Source: Pseudomonadota bacterium (GTDB lineage Bacteria; Pseudomonadota; Gammaproteobacteria; Pseudomonadales; UBA7434). From it: DNA of 64,000 nucleotides. This document shows positions 1 through 11,192 of this stretch, piece after piece. Position numbers and translations under genes: made by a program. The notes under the pieces were generated by a model. It was not told the origin of the DNA and did no database searches. It was given only the letters and a program-made list of their open reading frames with translations. The first letter of the stretch is position 1, and every line of letters starts with the position of its first letter. The stretch covers positions 460 to 64,459 of the forward strand of contig JAYYUJ010000018.1 of assembly GCA_036344075.1 (NCBI GenBank). Direction: 5' to 3'.

Positions 1-192
1 ATGCTGGCAGATGGGAATGCAGAATTAACTCAAGCGCTTGGCTTGGTATTAGATGGATCGAGTTTTGGTATGGGCACGCGCTCACAGCGTTATTCGATGC
101 TTGTTAATGATGGCATAGTTGAAGCATTAAATGTTGAGCCTGCTGGTGGTATTGACGTTAGTAGCGCCGAGGCGATGCTAGCGTCACTTTAG
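1..192 (+). CDS. Peroxiredoxin (Prx5-type, AhpC/TSA family), C-terminal fragment. The 5' end lies outside the window.
   Basis: The frame is open from the window edge. The C-terminal pattern GMGTRSQRYSMLVNDGIVEALNVEP matches the G-x-R-S-x-RY-(A/S)-M-l-v-x-dG-v tail remembered for type-5 peroxiredoxins. Confidence 0.6.
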   Translation: MLADGNAELTQALGLVLDGSSFGMGTRSQRYSMLVNDGIVEALNVEPAGGIDVSSAEAMLASL

Positions 193-215
193 GACTTTAG
201 ATTGACAGGGTTGAT

Positions 216-3029
216 TTAAAGGTTAATCAGTACTCTAATGGCTTGGAGTTCGGCTGAGGCATTGGCAATATGCTTTAATGCCTCGGTTTTACGATTTTCC
301 ATAAAATGAATTTCTTCGTCTCGAATCGTACCGTTTAATTTTCTTAATTCGGTTAGTCGATCAAGCTCTCCACCTATAGTAATATTTACTTGTTGCTCCG
401 CTTCAGTCATCAATGGTTGGCTGAGCGATGTGGCTTGACTCTGTGCAATATCGATCATTTTTTCAAGCTCGCTACGAATTTGTTTTAGTACCGCTAAACG
501 ATTCGATTTTTTCATGTGTTGCGCCAGCTTATTTAATTGTTCATGGGTTACAACTTTTGATAGATCTTTGCCTCGACTATCGAGTAATACCCTAATCGGT
601 GTAGGCGGCAAGAAGCGGTTAATCTGTAATTTTTTTGGTGCGCTACATTGAATAGCAAAAAAGCATTCAACAATAATAGTGCCTGCCGGTATAGATTTTA
701 ACTGCAGTGCGGCGATAGCGGTTTTTCCTACATCCATACTAAAGACCATTTCCATCGACTCGGTAACCATTGGGTGTTCCCAAGTGATGAATTCCATTTC
801 TTCACGCAGTTGTGACTTTTCTCGACTAAAATTAATGGTAACGCCTTCTTCTTTTAAGCAAGGGAAATAATCGCTAAGCATGTGATCGCTGGGGTGAAGC
901 ACGAGGCAATGTTCGGAGTGAAAGTCGTGTTCCACACCAAAGGTGTCAAACAGCTGGATCATATATGTGTGTAATAAGTCAGAATGTTCAGCGCCATTAA
1001 TTTTCTCAATAAGTTGATCGGCTGTATCGTTATCACAGGAATTCAGTTCTAGCAGTTGATCGCGGCCTAACTGTAATTCTTTTCTAAGTTGCTCGGTATA
1101 TTCGGCGGTTGCTTTTAATAGTGATTCAAAATCGGCCGCAGTTTGGGTTGATGTGCCATTTAGCCATGGCATTAAGTCTTGCTTGAAATGCTCAAGCACT
1201 GTTAATCCTGCTGAGAAGCTTTCGGTAAATACATTGAGACCCTCTTGGTACCAGCGGTACAAGTATTCTTGGGCGCTGCCTATTATATAGGGTATGTGTA
1301 TTTTAATATCTTCGGTTTGACCAATACGATCTAGGCGGCCAATTCTCTGTTCTAATAGATCTGGATTAGCGGGTAAATCAAACAATATCAAGTGATGCGC
1401 AAATTGAAAGTTTCGGCCTTCGCTACCGATTTCGGAGCAGATTAATACTTGCGCGCCTAACTCTTCATCAGCAAAGTAGGCCGCGGCACGATCACGCTCA
1501 ATAATCGAAAGACCCTCGTAAAAAGCTGAGCTACGGATACCTGAACTGAGGTGTAAGTATTTTTCTAAGTCAATCGCGGTGCCAGCACTTGAGCATATTA
1601 ATAGAACTTTTTCTCCCTTGAGTGCTGTTAACTGTTGCTCTAGCCATCCGACACGAGGGTCTGTGGCTAACCAGTCTAGATTTTCAGCTTGTAGTGCTTG
1701 TTCTGGATAAAGGCCAATATATTTATTAAGTTGATTGGATTTAATTAATGGGTAGCCTTGTTGAATGCGCGCAGGAAAGCCTTGAATGGCCGCTCGTGTA
1801 TTTCTAAATAACACCCGTCCAGTGCCATGGTGGTCAAGTAACTTTTTGATAATAGTTTTATTGATTTCGCTATCTGTTCCATCATAGTCACTGACGCCAC
1901 TAAGGTAGCTTTGTAAAATCACTGACTCCTGGTCACTGAGTGGTTGTTGATTGTTTAGCGAGCTAACAAGGCTGTTTAAACCAACAAATTTTTGTTGCTC
2001 CTCAATAAAATGATTTAGATCATGAAAACGTGCTGAGTCGAGCAGTCGTAGTCGTGCAAAATGACTATCAATACCGACTTGTTCTGGAGTTGCTGTCAGC
2101 AGTAATAATCCGTCACTTTTGGTCGCTAACGATTCCACTACCTGATATTCTCGACTGACACTGTTTTCGGACCACTGTAAGTGGTGGGCTTCATCTACGA
2201 TTAGGATATCCCACTCAGCTGCTGTTGCTTTCTGTGCAATTTTTTGGTCGTCACAAAGCAAGTCGACACTACAGAGTATCAACTGGGCAGACTCAAAAGG
2301 GTTTTCTTCACCGGCTTCTTCGAGCGATTGGTAACGTTGCAGATCGAATAGTGAAAAGTGGAGGTTGAACTTCCTTAACATTTCAACTAGCCATTGATGC
2401 AGTAAGGGTTCAGGCACTACAATTAGCGCACGGCTGGCAAGGCCAGTTTGCAATTGGTGATGTAAAATCATCCCAGCTTCGATGGTTTTCCCGAGCCCTA
2501 CTTCATCCGCTAGTAATACCCTAGGAGCAAATCGAGAAGCTATTTCATGTGCGATATAAATTTGATGCCGCAGTAAATTAGTTCTGGGTCCAAGCATCCC
2601 TCGTACTTCTGAGGACTGCAGTTGATGACGCCAGCCTATTGTGGCTGCACGTAGCTCAAAAGCACTGTTCTTATCAAATTGACCGCTGAAAAGTCGCTGC
2701 GAAGGTGAGCTTAGTTCGATAATGGACGATATTTTTGCCTCAGGCACTATGTGTTCTTGGCCTTCGCTATCTGCAGTCAGGTAATAATTGAGTTGATTAA
2801 CTTTCTCGATTGCAACGACAGTTAATGTATTGCCATCAATATCGGTTAGCGTCTCTCCGATTTGATAAACAAGTCTCGCAAGCGGTGCGTTGCTGGCGGC
2901 GTACATTCGCTCTTCTTCAACCGCTGGAAATGCTGCAGTAATGTGTCTACCATCGGTTTCAATGATAAGGCCTAAGCCCAATTGAGGTTCAGCTTGGCTG
3001 ACCCAGCGTTGCCCAACAACAAATTCCAT
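216..3029 (-). CDS. rapA: RNA polymerase-associated SNF2-family ATPase RapA (HepA)
   Basis: 937 aa. The N-terminus FVVGQRWVSQAEPQLGLGLI is typical of RapA. SNF2 helicase motifs are present: DEVGLGKTIEAG (I), DEAHHL (II), LLLTATPEQ (III), and the C-terminal helicase block GSEGRNFQ / GRLDRIGQ. Confidence 0.95.
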   Translation of the reverse strand: MEFVVGQRWVSQAEPQLGLGLIIETDGRHITAAFPAVEEERMYAASNAPLARLVYQIGETLTDIDGNTLTVVAIEKVNQLNYYLTADSEGQEHIVPEAKISSIIELSSPSQRLFSGQFDKNSAFELRAATIGWRHQLQSSEVRGMLGPRTNLLRHQIYIAHEIASRFAPRVLLADEVGLGKTIEAGMILHHQLQTGLASRALIVVPEPLLHQWLVEMLRKFNLHFSLFDLQRYQSLEEAGEENPFESAQLILCSVDLLCDDQKIAQKATAAEWDILIVDEAHHLQWSENSVSREYQVVESLATKSDGLLLLTATPEQVGIDSHFARLRLLDSARFHDLNHFIEEQQKFVGLNSLVSSLNNQQPLSDQESVILQSYLSGVSDYDGTDSEINKTIIKKLLDHHGTGRVLFRNTRAAIQGFPARIQQGYPLIKSNQLNKYIGLYPEQALQAENLDWLATDPRVGWLEQQLTALKGEKVLLICSSAGTAIDLEKYLHLSSGIRSSAFYEGLSIIERDRAAAYFADEELGAQVLICSEIGSEGRNFQFAHHLILFDLPANPDLLEQRIGRLDRIGQTEDIKIHIPYIIGSAQEYLYRWYQEGLNVFTESFSAGLTVLEHFKQDLMPWLNGTSTQTAADFESLLKATAEYTEQLRKELQLGRDQLLELNSCDNDTADQLIEKINGAEHSDLLHTYMIQLFDTFGVEHDFHSEHCLVLHPSDHMLSDYFPCLKEEGVTINFSREKSQLREEMEFITWEHPMVTESMEMVFSMDVGKTAIAALQLKSIPAGTIIVECFFAIQCSAPKKLQINRFLPPTPIRVLLDSRGKDLSKVVTHEQLNKLAQHMKKSNRLAVLKQIRSELEKMIDIAQSQATSLSQPLMTEAEQQVNITIGGELDRLTELRKLNGTIRDEEIHFMENRKTEALKHIANASAELQAIRVLINL

Positions 3030-3157
3030 ATAACCTGCTTATTTTGATGAATAATTTTAAGCAGTCATACTGCTGTTTATATAATTATTCTAGCAGAAAA
3101 AATCATTAAATAAGCGTTGAAAACAGTGATTTTATTCGGCTAGCAGTATTTTTTAGA

Positions 3158-4054
3158 TTACGTTTTAGAGGCCAAGAAAATATCTTCTATGCTGTTATCT
3201 AGTTGTTGATTGAATTCGCTATCATTCAACTGATACCGAAGACCTTCGGTCAGCGCCCTTGAAAAACTGGCAATCATACCTTTGTTGGCAGTTAACTTTT
3301 GATTCGCTTCATTGCGGTTATAACCACCTGATAAAGCGACTACTCGCAGTACATTGTTGTGTATAATGCAACTTTGATAGAAGTTGTTTTGGCTTGGCAA
3401 GGTGAGCTTTAGCATCACGGTTTGATCGTCTGTGAGTGCATTCAGCTCGTTCAATAATGCCGCTCTTAATAGCGCCTCAATGTCGACCTTATCATCAGCA
3501 TGAATATCGACTTCGGGCTCAATAATAGGGACTAAGCCAGCAGCAATAATTTGCTTTGCGACGGTAAACTGCTGGTTAACCAGCTGGTTAATGCCTTCAT
3601 CATTCGCCGCTTTAATCACTGAGCGCATTTTAGTACCAAATACCTGCTTATTTTTGGCCAGCATTAACAGGGCATTGAGTTCCGGCATGGGTTTCATTAA
3701 CTGTACGCCATCGCTTTCAGCAAGCAAGCCTTTATCGACTTTAATTAATGGCACAATGTTTTTTTCTTGCCAGAGATAATCAGCAGAATTGATCCCGCTA
3801 ATATCTCGCTTCAACGTGTCTTCAAACAGTATTGCCGCTAATATGCGGTCACCGTTAAAACTGGGGCTAGTAATAATTCGACTTCGCATCGTATGAACGG
3901 CATCAAACATCATGGCATCAGAGTCGTAGTGGTTCGATCCTATGCCATAAATATCAAGCGCTTTTGGCGTGCTTCCACCGCTTTGATCAAGCGCTGCGAT
4001 AAAACCATCACATCGTGCTATTTTTTCCCATTGCTGATTGAATGTTGAGACCAT
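3158..4054 (-). CDS. Fructose-bisphosphate aldolase, class I
   Basis: 298 aa. It has the ALDQSGGSTPKAL block and IPLIKVDKGL (Schiff-base lysine region) typical of bacterial class I FBA. It lies divergent from the tkt-epd-pgk glycolytic/pentose-phosphate operon. Confidence 0.85.
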   Translation of the reverse strand: MVSTFNQQWEKIARCDGFIAALDQSGGSTPKALDIYGIGSNHYDSDAMMFDAVHTMRSRIITSPSFNGDRILAAILFEDTLKRDISGINSADYLWQEKNIVPLIKVDKGLLAESDGVQLMKPMPELNALLMLAKNKQVFGTKMRSVIKAANDEGINQLVNQQFTVAKQIIAAGLVPIIEPEVDIHADDKVDIEALLRAALLNELNALTDDQTVMLKLTLPSQNNFYQSCIIHNNVLRVVALSGGYNRNEANQKLTANKGMIASFSRALTEGLRYQLNDSEFNQQLDNSIEDIFLASKT

Positions 4055-4388
4055 GCTTAAATCCTCTGCCGGTAATCAAACGGCGAATAACTGAGATAAC
4101 CTAATAATATCACTTACAGATTAGTTGCAATTTATCATAAGGGTTAATTGCTACTCGAATAACGGTTTTACCTTCAAATGAATATAAATGCTATAAATAT
4201 TACCAATTAATCACTTAATTTAAGAATGAAATAACATTTCTGACCCTACAAAGGGGTAAAAATGGGTAAACAAATTGCTCAAAGCGCTGTGTTAGGGGAC
4301 AATACCCGCTTTTTACTGACCTGCTTTTTGATAAAGCGAGCAGTGCTTCGTCATCAGATTTAGCCCCCTCATATTAGGAGTAATTTAA

Positions 4389-6410
4389 ATGGCCTCACGC
4401 CGAGAATTAGCAAATGCAATTCGAGCATTATCGATGGACGCTGTCCAACAAGCGAACTCTGGACACCCAGGCGCACCGATGGGGATGGCAGATATTGCAG
4501 AGGTATTATGGAATGACTATTTAAGCCATAACCCCGCCAACCCTGATTGGCATAACCGTGATCGTTTTGTGCTTTCAAATGGGCACGGTTCGATGTTGAT
4601 TTACTCGTTACTCCATTTAACTGGTTACGACTTATCGATTGAGGAGCTCAAAAACTTCCGTCAATTGCATGCTAAAACCCCTGGACATCCGGAGTACGGT
4701 TATGCGCCAGGCGTTGAGACAACCACGGGACCTTTAGGTCAGGGTATCACTAACGCTGTGGGTATGGCGTTGGCAGAGAAGGTCTTAGCCGCACAATTCA
4801 ACCAAGCAGGCCATAACGTAGTAGATCATAAAACATACACATTTTTGGGTGATGGATGCTTAATGGAGGGTATTTCTCACGAGGCTTGCTCGCTCGCTGG
4901 GACCTTGGGTTTGGGCAAACTCATTTGCTACTACGACGACAATGGCATCTCGATTGATGGCGAGGTTAAAGGCTGGTTTACTGATGATACCCCCGCCAGG
5001 TTTGAGTCTTACGGTTGGCAAGTACTCGCTAACGTCGACGGTCATGATCCTGACGCGATTAGGGCCGCTACCGATCAAGCTATCGCTGAAACCAATAAAC
5101 CCACATTAATTTGCTGTAAAACCATTATTGGTTTTGGCTCACCCAATAAGCAGGGCACTTCGGGCGTGCATGGCGCCGCCTTAGGCCCCGATGAGGTCAT
5201 CGCTGCACGAAAAGAATTAGGGTGGACGCATCCAGCTTTTGAAATCCCTGAACAGCACTATCAAGCGTGGGATGCAAAGTCCCGAGGCGCAGAGCTTGAA
5301 GCCGAATGGCAACAGCGCTTTGATGCGTATGCTGAAGATTACCCTGAATTGGCTGTAGAATATCGTCGTCGCGTCGCGGGTGAACTACCGGCTGACTTTT
5401 CCGCGCAGGCTGATGCTTATATCGCCCAATGTCAGGCGGAAGGTGCGAGTATCGCAAGCCGAAAAGCCTCGCAAAACTGTCTTGATGCATTTGGACCGAT
5501 GTTGCCAGAATTACTCGGTGGTTCAGCCGATTTGGCGGGTTCTAATAATACCATCTGGGCAGATTCAAAAGGCATAACGGCGGCTGATGCAAGTGGTAAT
5601 TATATTTATTATGGTGTCCGCGAATTTGGTATGTCAGCGATCATGAATGGTGTAGCTGTGCACGGTGGTTTTATCCCCTATGGCGCAACTTTTTTAGTGT
5701 TTATGGAGTATGCTCGAAATGCAGTGCGCATGGCGGCGATCATGAAGCAGCGCAGCATTTTGGTTTATACCCATGACTCGATTGGTCTCGGTGAAGATGG
5801 CCCCACCCACCAGCCAGTTGAACAACTAGCTAATTTACGCAACACACCCAACTTAAGCACCTGGCGCCCCTGCGACACGGTTGAGTCTGCTGTGGCTTGG
5901 AAGTCGGCCATTGAAGACGATCAAGGCCCGTCTGCCTTAATATTTACCCGTCAAGCAATGGCCCACCAACCTAGAGATCCGGAGCAAGTGGCTAACATCG
6001 CTAAGGGCGGTTATGTGTTGTTGGCAGGGGCTGAGCAAGTTGATGAAATTGATGCTGTCATTATCGGTACGGGTTCTGAGCTAGAATTAGCCGTTGAGGC
6101 TGCCAATCAACTCAGCGATGAGGGCTATCACATTCGCGTGGTATCCATGCCATCGACCAGTCTGTTTGACCGGCAGGATGCCGCTTATCGTGAATCAGTG
6201 CTACCCGCACAACTGCTTAATCGCGTTGCCGTTGAGGCGGCTCATGTTGATTTTTGGTATAAATATGTTGGTCTTGATGGCCGCATTGTTGGCATGACTA
6301 CCTTTGGTGAATCAGCCCCCGCTAGTGATTTGTATACGCATTTTGGCATTACTGCTGACGCTGTTGCTGAACAAGTGCGATCATTGATTGAAGAAAATGC
6401 GTCCAATTAA
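4389..6410 (+). CDS. tkt: Transketolase
   Basis: 673 aa. Motifs seen: [24 protein letters not shown] (ThDP-binding) and [16 protein letters not shown] (transketolase signature 2). Confidence 0.97.
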   Translation: MASRRELANAIRALSMDAVQQANSGHPGAPMGMADIAEVLWNDYLSHNPANPDWHNRDRFVLSNGHGSMLIYSLLHLTGYDLSIEELKNFRQLHAKTPGHPEYGYAPGVETTTGPLGQGITNAVGMALAEKVLAAQFNQAGHNVVDHKTYTFLGDGCLMEGISHEACSLAGTLGLGKLICYYDDNGISIDGEVKGWFTDDTPARFESYGWQVLANVDGHDPDAIRAATDQAIAETNKPTLICCKTIIGFGSPNKQGTSGVHGAALGPDEVIAARKELGWTHPAFEIPEQHYQAWDAKSRGAELEAEWQQRFDAYAEDYPELAVEYRRRVAGELPADFSAQADAYIAQCQAEGASIASRKASQNCLDAFGPMLPELLGGSADLAGSNNTIWADSKGITAADASGNYIYYGVREFGMSAIMNGVAVHGGFIPYGATFLVFMEYARNAVRMAAIMKQRSILVYTHDSIGLGEDGPTHQPVEQLANLRNTPNLSTWRPCDTVESAVAWKSAIEDDQGPSALIFTRQAMAHQPRDPEQVANIAKGGYVLLAGAEQVDEIDAVIIGTGSELELAVEAANQLSDEGYHIRVVSMPSTSLFDRQDAAYRESVLPAQLLNRVAVEAAHVDFWYKYVGLDGRIVGMTTFGESAPASDLYTHFGITADAVAEQVRSLIEENASN

Positions 6411-6479
6411 TTGGTGAAAAAAAATGTCGAGACATTGGTTAAATCGTGGAATTAACCTTGGCAGCGGGCCTATCCTACC

Positions 6480-7502
6480 ATGCGCTTAGCAATTAATGGT
6501 TATGGCCGAATCGGTCGCTGTGTGCTTCGCGCTTGGCATGAGCGCGATGATACCAGTGACTTGACCATCTTGGCAATTAATGAACTTGCCAATCATGATG
6601 CGATTGCTTACCTCACTGAGTACGATAGTACGCATGGGCGTTTTCCTGGTACGGTCGATGGCATCAGCCATGATGGCGCTAACGGTCAGCAACTAAAAAT
6701 TGATAAGGACTTTATTGGTTTATATCAACAGTCAGACCCTGTTTCACTGCCATGGCAATCACTCGACATTGATTTAGTGATGGAATGCAGCGGCCAAGTG
6801 AATACTTTGTCTGCTGCTGAGAAGCACTGTCGGGCGGGTGCAAAAAAAGTTTTATTGTCAAATCCCGGTGAGGCAAACATACCGGCGATTGTATTCGGTG
6901 TTAATCAGCACATCATCACTCGTGATGATTTGGTTTTGTCAGCAGCATCGTGCACCAGTAATGCCTTAATTCCTGTGTTATCAACATTAGATCATGCGTT
7001 TGGTGTAGCGAATGGCGTGATTACCACTATTCATGCGTCCATGCATGATCAACCGGTTATCGATGCCTACCACAGCAGCGACTTACGGCGGAATCGTGCA
7101 GCTTCACAATCCATCATTCCGGTCGATACTGCTTTGGCGCAAGGTGTTGATCGTGTGTTGCCGGAGTTAGAAGGCAAGATGGTAGCGCACGCACTGCGCG
7201 TTCCGGTTAATAATGTTTCGGCGCTTAACGTAACTTTGAATATAGAGCGTGATGTCACAGTGGCGCAAGTCAATCAATGTTTACGTCAAGCGTCATTGGC
7301 TGAGTTAAACGGCGTATTAGGTTATACCGAGGATTTATTAGCGTCCTGCGATTTTAATCAAGATTCGCGTTCGGGAATTATTGATGCTAACCAGACACGA
7401 GTAAGCGCCGAGCGAACCGTTAACGTTTTAATTTGGTTTGATAATGAATGGGCATTTGCGAATCGGATGCTCGATTTAGCCCTGTATTTAAACTGCTTAT
7501 AA
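6480..7502 (+). CDS. epd: Erythrose-4-phosphate dehydrogenase (GAPDH family)
   Basis: 340 aa. It has the NGYGRIGR Rossmann N-terminus and the catalytic SCTSN. The block TTIHASMHDQPVIDAYH...DLRRNRAASQSIIPV closely follows E. coli Epd as I remember it (TTIHSAMHDQQVIDAYH...RRTRAASQSIIPV). The position between tkt and pgk matches Pseudomonas and E. coli. Confidence 0.85.
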   Translation: MRLAINGYGRIGRCVLRAWHERDDTSDLTILAINELANHDAIAYLTEYDSTHGRFPGTVDGISHDGANGQQLKIDKDFIGLYQQSDPVSLPWQSLDIDLVMECSGQVNTLSAAEKHCRAGAKKVLLSNPGEANIPAIVFGVNQHIITRDDLVLSAASCTSNALIPVLSTLDHAFGVANGVITTIHASMHDQPVIDAYHSSDLRRNRAASQSIIPVDTALAQGVDRVLPELEGKMVAHALRVPVNNVSALNVTLNIERDVTVAQVNQCLRQASLAELNGVLGYTEDLLASCDFNQDSRSGIIDANQTRVSAERTVNVLIWFDNEWAFANRMLDLALYLNCL

Positions 7503-7583
7503 TCAACAAAATAACCCTATTATTCATAGCGGAGCGGTGGTGATTGACTTTACCCATTCCGAGCTGTACTAAAAGGAAGACCT

Positions 7584-8759
7584 ATGCCTGTTCATCTGAT
7601 GAATGATTTAACCCTGACAGGTGAGCGTGTACTGATTCGTGAAGACCTTAATGTGCCGGTAAGAAACGGAACGGTATCTTCTGATGCAAGAATTAGAGCA
7701 GCATTACCGACTATTCAGTTAGCGCTTGATGCCGGCGCAAAAGTAATGCTCATGTCTCACTTGGGTCGACCTGTTGAAGGCGGTTCTGCTAAGGAAAATC
7801 AGATTTACAGTTTGGCGCCAGTTGCTGAGCATTTAGCTTTACTATTAAATTGTAGAGTGCCATTGATCGAGGATTGGCAGCAGGGCCTAAGTCTCGCTGA
7901 TGGTGAAGTTTGCTTGCTTGAAAATGTCAGATTTAATCCTGGTGAAAAAGACAATAGTGATCAACTTGCGCAATTATATGCAGGCCTGTGCGATATTTTT
8001 GTGATGGATGCTTTTGGCACTGCGCATCGTGCCCAGGCTTCCACTCACGGCGTTGCAAAGTTTGCACCTAAAGTCTGTGCTGGACCACTGCTTGCAGCAG
8101 AATTGAATGCCTTGAGTCAGGCCTTAGCAAAACCAGCTAGGCCAATGGTGGCAATAGTCGGCGGATCAAAAGTATCAACTAAGTTATCGGTATTAGACGC
8201 TTTATCCGATAAAGTTGACCAGCTGATTGTTGGCGGAGGCATTGCTAATACTTTTTTAGCAGCCACCGGTAAGCCGGTGGGAAAGTCCTTGTGTGAACAT
8301 GATTTGCTGTCTACAGCTGTTGTTCTTAATCAAAAAACAGCGATACCTCTCCCCGTTGATGTTGTGGTTGGCCAGGAATTCTCAGCTGAGGCTGCAGCCA
8401 TGATTAAACTGGTAGAAGATGTGAGTGAAGATGATATGATTTTTGATGTGGGTCCAAAAAGTCAATCTCAACTGGCCGATATTATTGCTGCAGCCAAAAC
8501 GATTATTTGGAATGGTCCAGTAGGGGTATTCGAATTCGATCAGTTTGGTGCCGGGACTGAAGCGATTGCCAAGGCGATTGCTAGCAGCGATGCGTTTTCA
8601 ATTGCTGGCGGGGGCGACACATTGGCAGCAATTGATAAGTACCAAGTGGCCAAAAAAATTTCTTATATATCGACTGGCGGCGGTGCTTTTTTAGAGTTTG
8701 TTGAAGGTAAACAATTACCTGCTGTTGCAATATTAGAGAATCGGTTTAACGAGTCTTAA
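7584..8759 (+). CDS. pgk: Phosphoglycerate kinase
   Basis: 391 aa. Motifs seen: RxDLNVP at the N-terminus, MSHLGRP, GGGDT, and the [11 protein letters not shown]-terminal signature. Confidence 0.97.
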   Translation: MPVHLMNDLTLTGERVLIREDLNVPVRNGTVSSDARIRAALPTIQLALDAGAKVMLMSHLGRPVEGGSAKENQIYSLAPVAEHLALLLNCRVPLIEDWQQGLSLADGEVCLLENVRFNPGEKDNSDQLAQLYAGLCDIFVMDAFGTAHRAQASTHGVAKFAPKVCAGPLLAAELNALSQALAKPARPMVAIVGGSKVSTKLSVLDALSDKVDQLIVGGGIANTFLAATGKPVGKSLCEHDLLSTAVVLNQKTAIPLPVDVVVGQEFSAEAAAMIKLVEDVSEDDMIFDVGPKSQSQLADIIAAAKTIIWNGPVGVFEFDQFGAGTEAIAKAIASSDAFSIAGGGDTLAAIDKYQVAKKISYISTGGGAFLEFVEGKQLPAVAILENRFNES

Positions 8760-8809
8760 TCGTTTCGTACTAAATAGTTGCTACTCATAAACTTATATTA
8801 GGCCTTATC

Positions 8810-9742
8810 ATGCAGACAGATGACCTTCAACCACTGGACCTTGATCAACCCTTTGAAGCTGATTCGTGCTGCCAAGCTCATTTGGATTTCTATCAGTTAA
8901 ATTTTGCAGCGCAGATGGATAATGTCAGTCACCAAATAGGTTATATCGATAGTCATCCCTATAAAATAGCCTGCTATTATTTTTCAGTCAAAACGCCGAT
9001 TAAAACCTGCTTTATTATTCATGGATATATGGACCACATAGGGTTGTATCATAAAATCATTGGCCATCTATTGATGAAAAACATCAATATTGTGGCTGTC
9101 GATTTGCCGGGTCATGGCCTTTCAAGTGGCGCTAAGGCAACGATTGCTGATTTTTCGTCTTACTATAAAACTTTGCGCGATGTGTTTCATGTATTCGCTC
9201 AAGCAGTGACTCAACCTTGCTGTTTAATGGGGCAAAGTATGGGCGGTGCAATTGCCATGGATTACCTATTACAAATTGCACCGCGTGAGGCCAAACTTTC
9301 TTTCAGCAAGTTAGTGTTGTTGGCGCCATTAGTTCGGCCAAAAGGATGGTTAAGTATTTGTTTTGCACACACGCTGCTAGCGGGCTTTATTACGAGTATT
9401 AAAAGAAATTTTTCTATCAATTCACACGATAAGCAATTTTTAGATTTTTTAAAGTATCAAGATCCCTTTCAAACCAAGCGCTTACCTGTGCAATGGGTCG
9501 GTGCAATGTTGACATGGCAGAAGCGATTCCATCAATTGAAGCCATCGCCGATAAAAGTAATGGTGGTTCAGGGCGATGATGATCAAACCGTCGATTGGCG
9601 ATTCAATGTAAAAGCGATCACTAACAAATTCCCCAATGCGGAATTATGTATGATTAAGGATGGCAGGCATCATCTAGCCGGCGAGAACGGTATTTACTTT
9701 GAGCAAGTGCTGAAGGCTATCGATCAGCACTTGCTGTTATAG
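8810..9742 (+). CDS. Alpha/beta-fold hydrolase (lysophospholipase/monoglyceride-lipase-like)
   Basis: 310 aa. Motifs seen: HGYMDH oxyanion region, the nucleophile elbow GQSMGG, and a C-terminal DGRHH (His of the triad). Confidence 0.75.
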   Translation: MQTDDLQPLDLDQPFEADSCCQAHLDFYQLNFAAQMDNVSHQIGYIDSHPYKIACYYFSVKTPIKTCFIIHGYMDHIGLYHKIIGHLLMKNINIVAVDLPGHGLSSGAKATIADFSSYYKTLRDVFHVFAQAVTQPCCLMGQSMGGAIAMDYLLQIAPREAKLSFSKLVLLAPLVRPKGWLSICFAHTLLAGFITSIKRNFSINSHDKQFLDFLKYQDPFQTKRLPVQWVGAMLTWQKRFHQLKPSPIKVMVVQGDDDQTVDWRFNVKAITNKFPNAELCMIKDGRHHLAGENGIYFEQVLKAIDQHLLL

Positions 9743-9762
9743 GTTAAGTGTTAGCTGCGAAA

Positions 9763-11028
9763 TTATTTTTCTGCAGGAATCTCTGGGTCAAATGTGATGT
9801 GCATTTCTTTGATGCCATTAATGAAATTAGACCGTAACCAATTAATAGGCTTATCAAGCTTTGGGTTACGTAAGCGTGGAATAATTTCTTCGAAAATGAC
9901 TTGCAGTTCTAGCCGTGCGAGGTGCGAGCCAAGGCAGAAGTGTTCGCCAACTCCAAATGCGCGATGTTTGTTTTTTACGTCCTCACGCTCTTGTCGGTGA
10001 ATATCAAAAACGTCGGCGTTATTGAAGATCTCCTCATCACGATTAGCTGAGTGGTAAAATAAGACAACATTGTCACCTTTTTTCACTAAATGACCGCTGG
10101 GTAATTCTACATCCTCAGTAGCGGTACGTCTAAAACCGACGACAGCAGTATGGTAGCGTAATACCTCCTCCATTGCATTAGGGATTAAGGCTGGGTTATC
10201 TAATAAAGTTGCTAGTTGATCAGGGTTGTCCATTAATAGTCGCATTCCATGCGCAGTAACTGTCCGAGTGGTCTCATTGCCGGCTACTAACAAAATTAGA
10301 AAGAAAAAAGAAAATTCATCATTTGTGAGCTTCTCTCCATCTGTATCAGTACCATCTAGAAGAGCACTCATAATATGACTACCTTCAATTCCCTTTGCTC
10401 GACCGGCTTCATGTTCTGCTGCCATTTGAGCTCCAAAGGCGAATAGCTCAACCATCGCATTGCGAGCATCTTCTTCGGTGGTACTAAGATCGGGGTCATC
10501 TCCGCCGATCATGGTGTTGGTCCATTCAAAGATTTTATGTCGATGTTCAACAGGCACACCCATCAATTCACAAATAGCGATTAATGGCAATTCTGCGGCG
10601 ACATCCTCTACAAATTCACAGTAACCTTTATGCGCCACTCTATCAAGTATGCCCTTTGCGACTTCTTTAAATCTTTGGTGATATGAATTGACAACCTTTG
10701 GTGTAAAAGCTTTGCGGATTATTTTTCGGTGTTGTATATGATGCGGTGGGTCCATATTAATGAGGGTAAGTCGTTGCATGACTAACTCTTCGGGCCCTAG
10801 ATCTTGAAGCATACAGGTTCTTTCTTCTGATGAAAACAGCAGTGGTTTTTTAGAAATAAAGTCAAGATCTTTGTGTTTGGTAATAGCCCAGTAACCGCCA
10901 GTCTCAAAAGCATCGGTCGTTTGCCATGAAACGGGCTCTTCGGCACGCAACTGTTTAAGCCATTCAAACGGTACGCCGCCGACGTAATTGTCAGGATCGG
11001 CTAAGTCGATATGTGGGCACCCACTCAT
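9763..11028 (-). CDS. Cytochrome P450 monooxygenase
   Basis: 421 aa. Motifs seen: I-helix AGNETT, the ExxR motif EEVLR, and the heme-thiolate loop FGVGEHFCLG. No adjacent ferredoxin or ferredoxin reductase gene. Confidence 0.9.
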   Translation of the reverse strand: MSGCPHIDLADPDNYVGGVPFEWLKQLRAEEPVSWQTTDAFETGGYWAITKHKDLDFISKKPLLFSSEERTCMLQDLGPEELVMQRLTLINMDPPHHIQHRKIIRKAFTPKVVNSYHQRFKEVAKGILDRVAHKGYCEFVEDVAAELPLIAICELMGVPVEHRHKIFEWTNTMIGGDDPDLSTTEEDARNAMVELFAFGAQMAAEHEAGRAKGIEGSHIMSALLDGTDTDGEKLTNDEFSFFFLILLVAGNETTRTVTAHGMRLLMDNPDQLATLLDNPALIPNAMEEVLRYHTAVVGFRRTATEDVELPSGHLVKKGDNVVLFYHSANRDEEIFNNADVFDIHRQEREDVKNKHRAFGVGEHFCLGSHLARLELQVIFEEIIPRLRNPKLDKPINWLRSNFINGIKEMHITFDPEIPAEK

Positions 11029-11192
11029 GTGACGTCCTTTTTCAATAATCGCATTTATTCAAAAGAGAGTTGCATCTTGCGCTATTGCTAACCGCAACAA
11101 GGTTGTATCCTCATCTGATTGTGGTCTTAACTGAGGCGCAGGTCAATAGAGAAAGGTTTCAGTTTGTTAACCGCGAAATGCTTGGCTCACAG

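Noticed and set aside
3030-3157. The hairpin AGCAGT-atg-ACTGCT downstream of the aldolase gene, as a terminator.
   Set aside because: It has a 6-bp stem with a 3-nt loop and no following T-run on the minus strand. The evidence is too weak to annotate.
4262-4363. A 33-codon ORF (MGKQIAQSAVLGDNTRFLLTCFLIKRAVLRHQI) in the 334-nt aldolase/tkt divergent spacer, as a possible leader peptide.
   Set aside because: There is no run of regulatory codons, no convincing attenuator hairpin plus T-tract after it, and no obvious RBS. It cannot be supported.
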